A stretch of 64,000 nucleotides of DNA from an uncultured Chlamydiae bacterium (GTDB lineage: Bacteria; Chlamydiota; Chlamydiia; Chlamydiales; JAJFMA01). Below, piece by piece: positions 31,606-41,602 of this stretch; position 1 is the stretch's first letter, and each line of letters opens with the position of its first letter. Both the position numbers and the translations under genes were made by a program. The DNA lies in NCBI GenBank assembly GCA_963713615.1, contig CAVQMM010000001.1:2944001-3008000 (forward strand), read 5' to 3'. The notes below the pieces were generated by a model. The model saw only the letters and a list, made by a program, of their open reading frames with translations, had not been told where the DNA came from and did no database searches.

Positions 31606-32430
31606 TTACCTCGAATCTTGTATTTCTTGATTCATGCAAGTACTCAATGTTTTCGCCCGATCCTGGTCGGTCACACTGGCTCTTGCTTTAGCTGACAAGC
31701 TGTTCCTGCGATAACTTTCGCCGTTGATCTGGATAATTTGAGCGTCATGTACCAGCCTGTCTATTGCGGCCACCGCCATAGCTTTATCTTGAAATATGTT
31801 GGTCCATTCACTGAATGGCTGATTACATGTTATGATCAGGCTCTTTCGCTCATATCGCTCTGAGATCAGCTCAAAGAGAACATTTGTTTCCATGAGATCC
31901 TTGTTGGCATAGCCAAAATCGTCTAAAATCAAACAATCATATTTATCCAGCTTTGCTAGCGTTGTCGGTAGCGTCAGGGCCTGTTTTGAGGCTTGAAGCC
32001 TTTGAATGAGCTCGGTGGTACGCATGAACAAAACACGGAACTTGTGCTCTAAGAGTCCCGCTCCAATTGCAGCTGCCAGATGTGTTTTACCAACTCCTGA
32101 GGGGCCAAAAATCAGAATGTTTCTGCCCTCGCGTAGCCAGTTCCCACCTGAGGCTAATGTACAAATCAACGTCTTATTGAGCGATGTCACTTTGAAGTCG
32201 AAGTCTGTAAGTGTTTTACCTAGGGGCAGGCAGGATTCCTTCAGGTGCCTGATCATACGACGATCCGTTCTTCCTGTTAATTCGTGTTCACACAAGACTT
32301 TCAGGCATTTGGCGCTTCCCCACCCTTCAAGGTCCGCTTGATGACTCATTTCTTCCCACAAAGCGGCCATTGTTGGCAGGCGAAGCTGCTTGAGTAGTAT
32401 CGGTAGTACTGCTTCTTCTTTTGTAACCAT
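31606..32430 (-). CDS. istB: IS21 helper ATPase
   Basis: GPSGVGKTH, LILDDFGY, ERYE, AAIDRLVH, GESYR. Confidence 0.95.
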   Translation of the reverse strand: MVTKEEAVLPILLKQLRLPTMAALWEEMSHQADLEGWGSAKCLKVLCEHELTGRTDRRMIRHLKESCLPLGKTLTDFDFKVTSLNKTLICTLASGGNWLREGRNILIFGPSGVGKTHLAAAIGAGLLEHKFRVLFMRTTELIQRLQASKQALTLPTTLAKLDKYDCLILDDFGYANKDLMETNVLFELISERYERKSLIITCNQPFSEWTNIFQDKAMAVAAIDRLVHDAQIIQINGESYRRNSLSAKARASVTDQDRAKTLSTCMNQEIQDSR

Positions 32431-32446
32431 GAATCTTCTCCTAAAT

Positions 32447-33943
32447 TTATAATGTGGCGTGCTTTAACAGCTCGTCGTATGAGCCAAGATCGTGTTGTTC
32501 AATCTCTACCAGAGGGACAACGTGCTTCGCTTCCTTAAAGTGTTGCTGTAGCTCTTCAAAGCTTGGTATGCGTTGCTCGTTTAGTGCCTTTCGAAGCTCG
32601 GCTGCAATTTGTTGCTGGTGACCGTCTGCAGCCAGCTTTAAGATCCTCACCATTTCCTTACATGCCATACGCTCATCAAGCCGCGCATCCAGTAACACCC
32701 AAGCCTGGCGAAATTCATCGCTGGGAAATAAATCATCTCTAAAGATGTAGTGTCGAAACGCTTGAGGCTTGCGGACAAGCTCAGGAATGACATGGCGATA
32801 GTCGATGTTTCTTGGGCGAGGACCCGTCTTGCTCCAACGTAATCGCGGAAAAGTAATGATATGAGAGGCTGCATGAAAACACTCTAATCGGTCGTCATGA
32901 ACGTGTACCGTTAACGTATGACCTATCAAGCGCGAAGGCACTGCATAATATGCCTGTCGTACGGTTATGATGCCCGTGGTAGGAACACCGACGTTTTCTA
33001 TATCGTGACTGCCTACCTTATGTTTTGGGAGAGGCTTTAGGTGCTTTCGTTCTTCAGCTACTTCAGCCTGACGTCGCGAATTGTCACTTTTAACAATTTC
33101 ATCGACAAAGTTTCGATACTCTTGCAGTGAGGAAAAGTCTCTAGAACCCCTCAGGCGCAGCTTTTGATCGATTTTATTTTTAAGATGTCTGTGCGAACTT
33201 TCAATACTGCCATTTTCATGCTTTACTCCTTTATTGTTTCGCGTGGGCTTTACATCATAGTGTGCGCACATTTCATTGTACGCGTTTGTAAGGTCCTCTC
33301 TTGCTGATTCATTTAGATTTTTATATGCCGCTGAAAGACTATCGGTACGATGGGTTTCAGGTACCCCACCTAGCTCCCATAACGCATTTTGAAAACCTGC
33401 AGAGAGAGCTACATGGGACTCTCCTCCCAGAATGACAAAGGCATATGCCCAGCCGCTGAATGGAACCCTGAAATGATACAGCAAATGAGGAAGCGAAGTA
33501 CCCTCTATTGTTACATGCAGTTCATCGCAGTTGGTAAAGTCAGAAATGCCCTGAAAACCGGGAGGGTGGTTTTGCCGAAAGATCCGTTCCTTCTCCCTTC
33601 CATGGAGTGCTTTCCATTGCCGAACCCTTCTTTGTAGGGTTCTAAGTAGGCTGTCGGGATATTCCTGTGGATAGCGTTCCTGGAGATCCCGCATTAAGGT
33701 AATGGGCGTTAGGAACGGATCTCTTTCCAACAGGGGAACGAACTCGGTCCTCCAGACTTTCGCGAAGGGGTCTGATGAAGATCCAGATTTGGAGCGATAC
33801 TCCTTGATATGAGTGCCTTTCTCGAAGCGCTTAGCGCTTCGCGTACTAATACCCGCTTTGGCAGCGGCAGTGGCCTGCATGCTGCCACCGTTTCTAATTT
33901 GCATATACAACCTCAATTGTTCTTTCGTAATTCTATTTGACAT
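32447..33943 (-). CDS. istA: IS21 transposase
   Basis: RTLQRR, SDFT, GGVPETHRTDSLSAA, HENGSIES. Confidence 0.95.
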   Translation of the reverse strand: MSNRITKEQLRLYMQIRNGGSMQATAAAKAGISTRSAKRFEKGTHIKEYRSKSGSSSDPFAKVWRTEFVPLLERDPFLTPITLMRDLQERYPQEYPDSLLRTLQRRVRQWKALHGREKERIFRQNHPPGFQGISDFTNCDELHVTIEGTSLPHLLYHFRVPFSGWAYAFVILGGESHVALSAGFQNALWELGGVPETHRTDSLSAAYKNLNESAREDLTNAYNEMCAHYDVKPTRNNKGVKHENGSIESSHRHLKNKIDQKLRLRGSRDFSSLQEYRNFVDEIVKSDNSRRQAEVAEERKHLKPLPKHKVGSHDIENVGVPTTGIITVRQAYYAVPSRLIGHTLTVHVHDDRLECFHAASHIITFPRLRWSKTGPRPRNIDYRHVIPELVRKPQAFRHYIFRDDLFPSDEFRQAWVLLDARLDERMACKEMVRILKLAADGHQQQIAAELRKALNEQRIPSFEELQQHFKEAKHVVPLVEIEQHDLGSYDELLKHATL

Positions 33944-35037
33944 CCTAACTCTCGCTTAAGTTTGGGGACGTCAGCATTCTAAATGCTCTCTTGCAAGCTC
34001 CCAAGAAAGGACTGAAAGATTTGAGGGATTGGGCCGTTGATTCTGGCCTGTTTTTAGGTGCCAACCGACTGTCGTCGGGCGGTGATGGGAGGTGCCAACC
34101 GCGTGTCGCGGGTCGGTGATGGAGGAGGTGCCAGGAGGTTGTCGTCAGTCGGTGATGGAAGGTGCCAACTCGCTGACGCCGGGCGGTGATGGAAGGTGCC
34201 AACTGCGTGTCGCCGAGGTGCCATCATCACTGTCGCCGTACACTCAGGCAGAGCTGTGATCTCGTTGGATTTGCTATCAACAGCTACTTGCCCTAAAACT
34301 AAACGGTTTTGCGTAGCCCAGGCAGACACTGCATGTAAGGCTTCTTTACCATTCTCAGGATTGGCGCTTGCGCGAGCTGTTTTGCCATCAATCGCTATGA
34401 CCTCTTTGCAGGGCTTTTTCAACGTGTTTGTAAATTCTACAAAGCAATGATGAAAGGTCTTTGGATTGAGCCTAGACATTACACGCCCAAATGTATCATG
34501 GGATGGTACACCATTAGGCAGAGGGACAACCGCTGCAAAAAGATCAAAATTAGCTTCACAATAATCGTGCATTCCCACCCATTCATCAATACCAGCCATA
34601 GCTGAACAGATGGCGATGAAGATAATGCTCATTAAGGGATGTTTTTTTGTGCGATCAATTCTGGGATCTTCAATTTGCTGAAAAACAATCTTAAGACGCT
34701 CTGCTGCTGACATTGTTATCTCCTCTATAGTGTGATGGCGAGGAGATATAATACCTAGTCAAAAATTTAGATGCGATCGCCCTGGGAGAATCTCCGAAGT
34801 CATCTGATCCTTTTTGCGCAAAAACTGTAGAGGCCAGAAGACGCTCACACCGGTGGGACCACGTACTGAGGCGCCGCACAGAGCTTCACGGAGAGTGATG
34901 ATCTTATCAGGATCGTTTTCGAGAGGCTTGTTAGTCATATGACCTGGGCTATCCTCGCGTTTTCAAGCATTATCACACTATCTTCAAAAATGGATTAAGG
35001 AACGTAGCCTATGACATTATACATATTGTAGGGTGAT

Positions 35038-35082
35038 TGCCTAAACCCAGAATCGAACTGATGACCTTCGCATTACGAATGC
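35038..35082 (-). other. Degenerate 3' half of tRNA-Thr(CGT), putative att site
   Basis: Minus strand GCAT-TCGTA-ATGC GAAGGTC ATCAG-TTCGATT-CTGGG TTTAGGCA: anticodon arm, variable loop and T arm, no D arm or 5' acceptor strand. Confidence 0.7.
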
Positions 35083-35356
35083 TCAACCCCTCTATGCTGA
35101 CAGCAAAGAACAATACTTAACGGTCTTGTTCTATGCGAGTTGAGATGCTAGCATTGCTGCTGCTTTTTGTCCATTACAGAACGTTTCGGGGCATTACTGT
35201 GACAAAAGCGTGAAAATTCAAAATTTTAATATCGGCTATGACTTTGGGGGTAGAATAGCTTGAATTCATCAAAAAGAGGAACAGTGAATGCAGTTTCACC
35301 ATTCAGGAGGCTCGAAAGGGCTAGTGAGCTGGGTCGAACTTGCACCAGTTTTACTC

Positions 35357-35457
35357 CAAACTTGGGTCAAACTTGGGTCAAACTTGGGTTAATATAATCT
35401 CCCTCAAAGGGTCTAAGAAGGGATGTGCCCCCGCAAATTGGGTCAAACTTAGGTCAA
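35357..35457. repeat. 11-bp tandem repeats
   Basis: caaacttgggt x3 at 35357-35389 and two degenerate copies near 35435-35457. Confidence 0.8.
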
Positions 35458-35464
35458 GCCCGTG

Positions 35465-37102
35465 TTATTTGCCAGGACCTGGGAACCATGCACTGGCACT
35501 AGTTTTTCCTTGAAGATGGATAAGTTCCTGGATTTTTAGTTCTCTTAATAGTTGCTTTATTTGATCACGGGAAAGAGCGGGCAAAACTTGATGCAACTCA
35601 TTAAATTTAGATCCCGTCTTAACGCTTGATTTTATGTGCCGTAGAAGTAGTTCCTTATTGGTTTCCTTGTCCAGCCCTCGCTTTCTAGTATAGGCTCCAC
35701 TTTTACCTGTAAGAGCATAGTACTGCTTACAGAGCATATATCTTACACCACGACCTTTTCCTATGCGTTCAATAATTCCCAAATCCACTAAATGGTTGAG
35801 ACGGGACTTTAGTTCAGGAGGGTTTGAGGGGATGGAACGCTCATTATGCACCAGATCCAAAATTAAGAAATCCTCGGTATTGAACGATGCGAGTCGTTCC
35901 TGACCAATCTTTTCTAAAAATCGCAGAAAGCTCTCATCTTGAATCTGACCGTCTAACTGCAATGCAACCTCATACTCATCCGTATTGTCAAAATTTGGCA
36001 GAGGTTTACCCTGCTTGATGCTCTCTTCAAACATCGTATCCGCGCCTTGTCCTGCTCGTTCGACAAGGCCACACTTGGCAAAAACCTCCGCTATGCGTCG
36101 GTTACGAGGTTGTTGCCTCCAAAGTATATTCTCAGGGGTAATTCCCGTTGGAAAACCTCCCGGGCTGACGATGGCAATCGTGCGCGGAAACTGCTTTATC
36201 CAAATGGAACCGGCCATTCTGTAATCTCGGTGACTAACGGCGTTCAGAATGGCTTCTCGGATGACTTTCTCGTTGAAGGTTGGAACGTTCCAAATGAACA
36301 GCCCATCCCGGAAGTGCTGAGTGTCATTCCTCAGGTTAATCTTCTCCCAAAGATCATTGTAGAAAGAGAAAAAACCCTCTCGATATTCGACTCTTTGTTG
36401 TGCCGGCCCGGTGACATGGCTAGAACGATATTCAAAAATGACTTCTGCTTGCGCTAGGTACTGCCCAAGGGCTTTTCGCGTTCCAAAGAGTATCAACGCC
36501 GCATAGGTGAGCCCTTTATTTATAAGGAGCTCAGTATCGCGCAGTAGCCTTTCGTTAGAGATCTTCTTAATGCCGGCGTTTCCTGAATGTCGAGACCACA
36601 GATCGCGGAAATGAGAGATTGCTTCGGGATTCAAGTCCTTTAAGGTAGCCTCTGGACATATTTGGGCTGTAAAGTCGGGCTCTCCTTCATTAAAGATATT
36701 TTTCAGCATGTCAGGTGTCATAGACACCAACTCTTCCCCTCTTCGCATCCAATATATGCCGTTATATTGAAGGGGAACACCGATAGGTCTAGAAGGAACT
36801 TTAAAGACCAGGACACGTCCTTTTTCGGTAATCATCTCCTCGACATCAATACGAATTTGCAATCTTTGAATCAGTTTTGACTTAATGTCCTCCAAATTCG
36901 GAAAGGCTTTACTACCGACTATGACCCGAGGTGGTTTATCAGTCACCCCTAGGACCATGTGTCCTCCGCCTTCGTTGGCCATTGCACAGCAATATTTAGT
37001 TAATTTGTCGGCATCAAAACTGGCCTTCGCCTCTTTGAACTCAAGGTGTTCATTTTCCTTTCCCACCATCCATGAACGAAGCTGGTCTGCAGTAGCATTC
37101 AT
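35465..37102 (-). CDS. AlbA_2 (Schlafen-like) + HATPase_c_4 + wHTH protein
   Basis: ENEHLEFKEA, AMANEGGG.MVLGVTD, REAILNAVSHRDY, SPGGF, RNRRIAEVF, ERAGQG. Confidence 0.85.
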   Translation of the reverse strand: MNATADQLRSWMVGKENEHLEFKEAKASFDADKLTKYCCAMANEGGGHMVLGVTDKPPRVIVGSKAFPNLEDIKSKLIQRLQIRIDVEEMITEKGRVLVFKVPSRPIGVPLQYNGIYWMRRGEELVSMTPDMLKNIFNEGEPDFTAQICPEATLKDLNPEAISHFRDLWSRHSGNAGIKKISNERLLRDTELLINKGLTYAALILFGTRKALGQYLAQAEVIFEYRSSHVTGPAQQRVEYREGFFSFYNDLWEKINLRNDTQHFRDGLFIWNVPTFNEKVIREAILNAVSHRDYRMAGSIWIKQFPRTIAIVSPGGFPTGITPENILWRQQPRNRRIAEVFAKCGLVERAGQGADTMFEESIKQGKPLPNFDNTDEYEVALQLDGQIQDESFLRFLEKIGQERLASFNTEDFLILDLVHNERSIPSNPPELKSRLNHLVDLGIIERIGKGRGVRYMLCKQYYALTGKSGAYTRKRGLDKETNKELLLRHIKSSVKTGSKFNELHQVLPALSRDQIKQLLRELKIQELIHLQGKTSASAWFPGPGK

Positions 37103-38163
37103 AATCTTTGCCTTTTTCCATGAGAACTTTCCTAAATTGGAAGTCTAAAGAAGCATATCAAGAATGATGCTCAGAGTCAATTTTGGATACCGTTTCTGGA
37201 TTGGTCGTTAGAGATGGGCCCTTTTTAGAACAATGTCAGGGAATCCCCTTGAAGAACAATATACTAGTGAGGGAATGGCTTGACCAGATCATACTAGAGG
37301 GGGAGGCTTGTCAAGATACAGAACATACGCATGAAAAGACAAAACATCAGGTTGTGGACTCAACCTCAAACTTAATGCTGGCTTATGCAAATATAAAGGG
37401 GATCGGGAACCCCTATTAACTCTTACATAGCTGTCAGCATGGTTTTGTAGAAAATTGCTCCAGTGTTGACACTGAGTGAAGTAGGGGGGCGGAACTGGGA
37501 GCTCACGATAGATTTATGCCATAAGCTGTGGCACAAATAGTTTTCCAGAGCAAAAGAGTATTCCAATTTTTAGCGCCCAAAAAGTCCTTCACTTCCGCCA
37601 GATAGCTCCTGTTTTTGGCAGGAAAGCAGGCTATTATTTCTTACATGAAGACTTCTCGAAACCGACTGAAAAGCACCGATTCACAGATACTTGAGGCCAT
37701 AAATGTCCGTGGACGACGCGGGTAAAAGATACATGAAGTACGTTCCCTTTTGGGCAGAGCATTCTAGCGACTTTTCTATTTGATGGTCATTTGATGGGTG
37801 AAGATGCTATCGATCTCGGAATGAATCTGAGCTCTAGGTAAATCCTTCTTATGACCCCATTTTCTTATTTGATTGTCATTTGATTTTCACGACAAAAGGT
37901 CGCCACCTTACGCCCAAACCTTGCTTCATTGAACATGCTTCTCGGGGCTTAATGCTCGGTTGACGGCCTGTGGGGTTTTGCGAGGTTTGCCATTGCAGGG
38001 TACAGCAAACTTAACATCCGATAACTTAGGTTATATATATCCTGGTGTGGGCAGAAGCGTAGCTTCACACCATGGATACCAGTCCGCCGTTCATACATGT
38101 TCTCTTACAATGTCTCCTATCGAAATGTGTACACCGGTAATAATTCTTTCCACTTTATCCTGA

Positions 38164-38187
38164 ATCTGGTAATAATTATTACCAGAT
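38164..38187. promoter_or_regulatory. Perfect 24-bp palindrome next to the RBS of the AAA ATPase gene
   Basis: atctggtaataattattaccagat followed by GGAGG. Confidence 0.55.
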
Positions 38188-38201
38188 GGAGGTGCTGATT
38201 T

Positions 38202-39515
38202 ATGCTTGAATTGCTCAGAAAATTGATTTTGGACTTCGAAGAACTGCCACTCGAAACAGGGCTTCCGAGGCAATTAAAAATAGAAACCGTGCGCGGTAAG
38301 GCCACGATTTGCATCGGTGTCCGACGCAGCGGTAAGTCAACCTATATGTTTCAAGTGATGCAGGGGCTATTAGACCAAGGAGTATCCCGTCAAAATATCC
38401 TCTACTTAAATTTCTTTGATGATCGGTTGCACACACTCAAACAAACTGGATTGGACATTGTCGTTGAAGCTTACTTTTCACTTTATCCAGAAAAAAAGAA
38501 TACTGAGAAGGTGTACTGCTTCTTCGATGAGATTCAGACTATTCCTGGTTGGGAACCTTTTATAGATCGTTTGATGCGAACGGAAAATTGTCAGGTATTT
38601 ATCACCGGTTCGTCCGCAGAAATGCTTTCCAAAGAAATTGCTACACAAATGCGTGGGCGCGCCCTATCCTGGGAGATTTTTCCTTTTTCATTCAGGGAGT
38701 TCCTCGACTACAAGAATATTAATAGCACTGGTCCTTGGTCAACAAAACGGCAGCTTGTCATCAGAAAAGCTTTTGACGATTACTGGGAGAGGGGTGGATT
38801 TCCAGAAGTTGCAGGCTTCAACACTGCGCTGCGGATTAAAACCCACCAGGAATACTTCAACTCGGTCCTCTTTCGAGACCTGATAGAGAGGCACAATGTG
38901 ACCCACCCCACGGCAGTAACAGATTTAGCCTATAGATTGATTGATAATATCGGTGCGCCCTATTCCGTCAACAGCCTGACAGGTTACTTAAAGTCTTTAG
39001 GGCACAAGGTTCCTAAAGCGACTGTGTCAGAATACATCGAATGGTTTGAGGACGCTTATTTTCTATTTACTGTGCATATTTTCGATGCCTCTCTATCCCG
39101 CATCCACAATAATCCAAAAAAAATCTACTGTGTTGACCATGCGATGGTTCCTTCGGTCGCTTCAGGCATACTTGTAAACTCAGGCCATCTATTGGAAAGT
39201 CTGGTTTTTATAACGTTTCGGCGTGACGATCTGAAAGTTAGCTATTATAAAACAAAAAATGGGCGAGAAGTTGACTTCATTGTGCAAATGGCCAATCGCA
39301 CCAAGCAACTTTTTCAAATTTGCGAATCCTTAGCGGACCCATCCACCAAGACACGCGAGGTGACCGCACTTAACGAAGCTATGGTAGAACTCAAATTGAA
39401 GACAGGAACCATCATCACCCGAAATGAAGAAGGGCAAATAGAGGCCGAGGGTGGCAAAATTCACGTTGTGCCCATCTGGAAATTTCTTCTAATCTCGGGG
39501 GTTGAGGCTCAATAG
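38202..39515 (+). CDS. AAA_14 ATPase with DUF4143 domain
   Basis: GVRRSGKST, FFDEIQ, ITGSS, PFSFREF, GGFPE, PKKIYCVD, EVDFIV. Confidence 0.9.
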   Translation: MLELLRKLILDFEELPLETGLPRQLKIETVRGKATICIGVRRSGKSTYMFQVMQGLLDQGVSRQNILYLNFFDDRLHTLKQTGLDIVVEAYFSLYPEKKNTEKVYCFFDEIQTIPGWEPFIDRLMRTENCQVFITGSSAEMLSKEIATQMRGRALSWEIFPFSFREFLDYKNINSTGPWSTKRQLVIRKAFDDYWERGGFPEVAGFNTALRIKTHQEYFNSVLFRDLIERHNVTHPTAVTDLAYRLIDNIGAPYSVNSLTGYLKSLGHKVPKATVSEYIEWFEDAYFLFTVHIFDASLSRIHNNPKKIYCVDHAMVPSVASGILVNSGHLLESLVFITFRRDDLKVSYYKTKNGREVDFIVQMANRTKQLFQICESLADPSTKTREVTALNEAMVELKLKTGTIITRNEEGQIEAEGGKIHVVPIWKFLLISGVEAQ

Positions 39516-39957
39516 AACAGAATTTCGGTCTTAGAAAGTTGATAATATATCGGTAAAGGACGATTGGCTGTCAGGAAAAAAATGTTGCCCGATTTTTCGA
39601 ACTGAGATGAGATTGTGCAGCGAACCAAAGAAAACCGTTACCTTGTGAATACATCTGGAAACGACAGACTTTTGAGCCCTTCTAGCTTGTACGTGTCAAC
39701 AACCACTGAAAACGACCCATTTGGCGGTCGCCTAAACGACCCACTTGGCGGTCACTCAAAACGACCCACTTGGCGGGTCGCCTAAAACGACCCATCTGGC
39801 GGTCATCCAAAATGACCCACTTGGCGGTCGCTTAAAACGACCCACCCTTCACCGCGCTCCATGTCCAAAATACCAAACTCAAACTCCTGCATCTCTTACA
39901 ATACTCCCACTCACTTTTAGTGAGACGAGAGGAACTTTGAGATACCAAGGGAAAACT

Positions 39958-41532
39958 ATGGTGCAAGGAAAGGAAAAAACCATGATTGAAAAAAGAGATA
40001 TCCTCATTCGACTGAGAAACGGTGATTCTATTCGAAAGGTAAGCCGTGACTTGGCGGTTCATAGAAGCATCGTTCGCGAACTATTTGAAGCCGCCATGAA
40101 AAACGACTGGCTGAATCCAAACATCGAAATGCCCAGTAATCATGAGATCGCGCAGTCAGATCTCGGATCATTTGAACACTCACCCCACCGCCTCGATGCT
40201 CACATTGACATTATCAAGCAATGGCATAACGAAGGAATGTCGGCAGTGGTGATCCAGAGATTGCTCAGGGAAACGCATTTCTGTTGTTGTGGAATAGGCG
40301 CTTTGCGCAGGTACATCAGAAAGACGTGTCCAAGACTTCCAGATCCCGTGATGGTACGTTCCACAACAGCAGGTGATGCAATGGAGGTCGACTTTGCCTT
40401 CCTTGGCTATTTGTGGGATGAGTCACTAGAGAAACCTAAGAAGGCTTGGGTCTTTTCTGCTCGCCTCAGGCATTCTCGCAAAGCATACAGAAAAGTTGTC
40501 AGAAGACAGGATGAGACAACGTTTCTGATGTGCCATATCCACGCATTTGAACATTTTGGAGGAGTACCAAGTCGAGTCGTTTTGGATAACCTCAAAGCCG
40601 GAGTCATCAAAAGCTGTATTGATAACGATATGCTCAATCGCTCTTACAAAGAATTAGCTGAATACTATGGGTTTATGATCTCTCCATGCCTACCTCGTAC
40701 TCCTCAGCACAAGGGTGGTGTAGAAAATGACATGAACTATATTAAACGCAGCTTTTGGCCAGAAATCCGAGAAAAGCAAAAAACACACCCCCATCTATCC
40801 TTAAATGAAGCTCAAGAAGTGCTGAACAGATGGGATCATGAAGTTGCAGATGTCCGTAAAATACATGGGGTTGGACGTTCGCCTACAGAAATTTTTGCTG
40901 CTGAGGAAAAGGGGGCTCTCCGGGATCTGCCTGAACATCGATGGGAACCAACAACTTGGTTTCAGTGTATTGTAGGAAGGGATTGGCGCATCAGGTATGA
41001 AGGCGCACACTACTCCGTTCCATACTATTTGATTGCACAAACGGTTCAAGTACGCGTGACATCACAGTTTGTGCATGTATTTTTTGAGTATCAACAAGTC
41101 GCTAGTCACCCTAAAGCTACAATAAAGGGGCAATATCAAAGGAATCCCCATCACGCTCCACCTTTTAAAGAAGTCGTCTTAAGCTGTACCAGAGAGGGAT
41201 TATTGTTACAAGCTCAAGAGTTAGGAGTGAATGTGCATCGATTTTGCAAAAAAATGCTTTCAGATCCACATATCGATAAGCTCAGGCCAGTTCGTTGCTT
41301 ACTGGGATTGGCGATGAATTACGAGGCCAGCAGATTGGATAAGGCTTGTGAAAGAGCTCTTACCTACAAAACAATCCAATACCGCAGTGTGAAGGACATA
41401 TTAGAGAAGTGCTTGGATCAAGAACCCTTCTCATATGCAATTAACCAAAGCCCCACCGCTAACTTCAAATTTGCTCGTGATCCGCAGGAATATCGAAGTG
41501 AAAGCGAGGACATCGCGCTGACAAGCGAATAG
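39958..41532 (+). CDS. istA: IS21 transposase
   Basis: MEVDF, FGGVP.RVVLDNLKAGV, PQHKGGVEN, YSVP; start uncertain (39958 or 39982). Confidence 0.93.
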   Translation: MVQGKEKTMIEKRDILIRLRNGDSIRKVSRDLAVHRSIVRELFEAAMKNDWLNPNIEMPSNHEIAQSDLGSFEHSPHRLDAHIDIIKQWHNEGMSAVVIQRLLRETHFCCCGIGALRRYIRKTCPRLPDPVMVRSTTAGDAMEVDFAFLGYLWDESLEKPKKAWVFSARLRHSRKAYRKVVRRQDETTFLMCHIHAFEHFGGVPSRVVLDNLKAGVIKSCIDNDMLNRSYKELAEYYGFMISPCLPRTPQHKGGVENDMNYIKRSFWPEIREKQKTHPHLSLNEAQEVLNRWDHEVADVRKIHGVGRSPTEIFAAEEKGALRDLPEHRWEPTTWFQCIVGRDWRIRYEGAHYSVPYYLIAQTVQVRVTSQFVHVFFEYQQVASHPKATIKGQYQRNPHHAPPFKEVVLSCTREGLLLQAQELGVNVHRFCKKMLSDPHIDKLRPVRCLLGLAMNYEASRLDKACERALTYKTIQYRSVKDILEKCLDQEPFSYAINQSPTANFKFARDPQEYRSESEDIALTSE

Positions 41533-41602
41533 AAAAACTATTTTGCATCTGCTTGTACAAGCAGATGCAATTTGAAAAACCCAAAACAAAAAGAGAGATT
41601 CT

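Larger units (their letters stand above)
30979..34242 (-). mobile_element. IS21-family element 1
   Basis: TG...CA ends, about 200-bp near-perfect TIRs with internal tggcacc repeats, 7-bp TSD ctcaggc, istA-istB. Confidence 0.95.
30138..34784 (-). mobile_element. ISAs1-family IS disrupted by IS21 and by the MITE
   Basis: TIRs cagggcgatcgcatct / agatgcgatcgccctg; transposase halves 34243-34713 (DPR, PSHDTF, IDGKT, KSNEITA) and 30153-30978 (DAMGCQ, LKGNQ, GHGRIE). Confidence 0.9.

Noticed and set aside
39688..39693. TSD tgtacg equals the terminal hexamer of the other IS21
   Set aside because: A 6-bp match with no further end sequence; probably coincidence
39694..39850. Repeat arrays here and at 42410-42640, 30979-31181 and 34040-34242 as CRISPR
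   Set aside because: No unique spacers and no cas genes; they are IS21 terminal repeats bounded by TG...CA and TSDs
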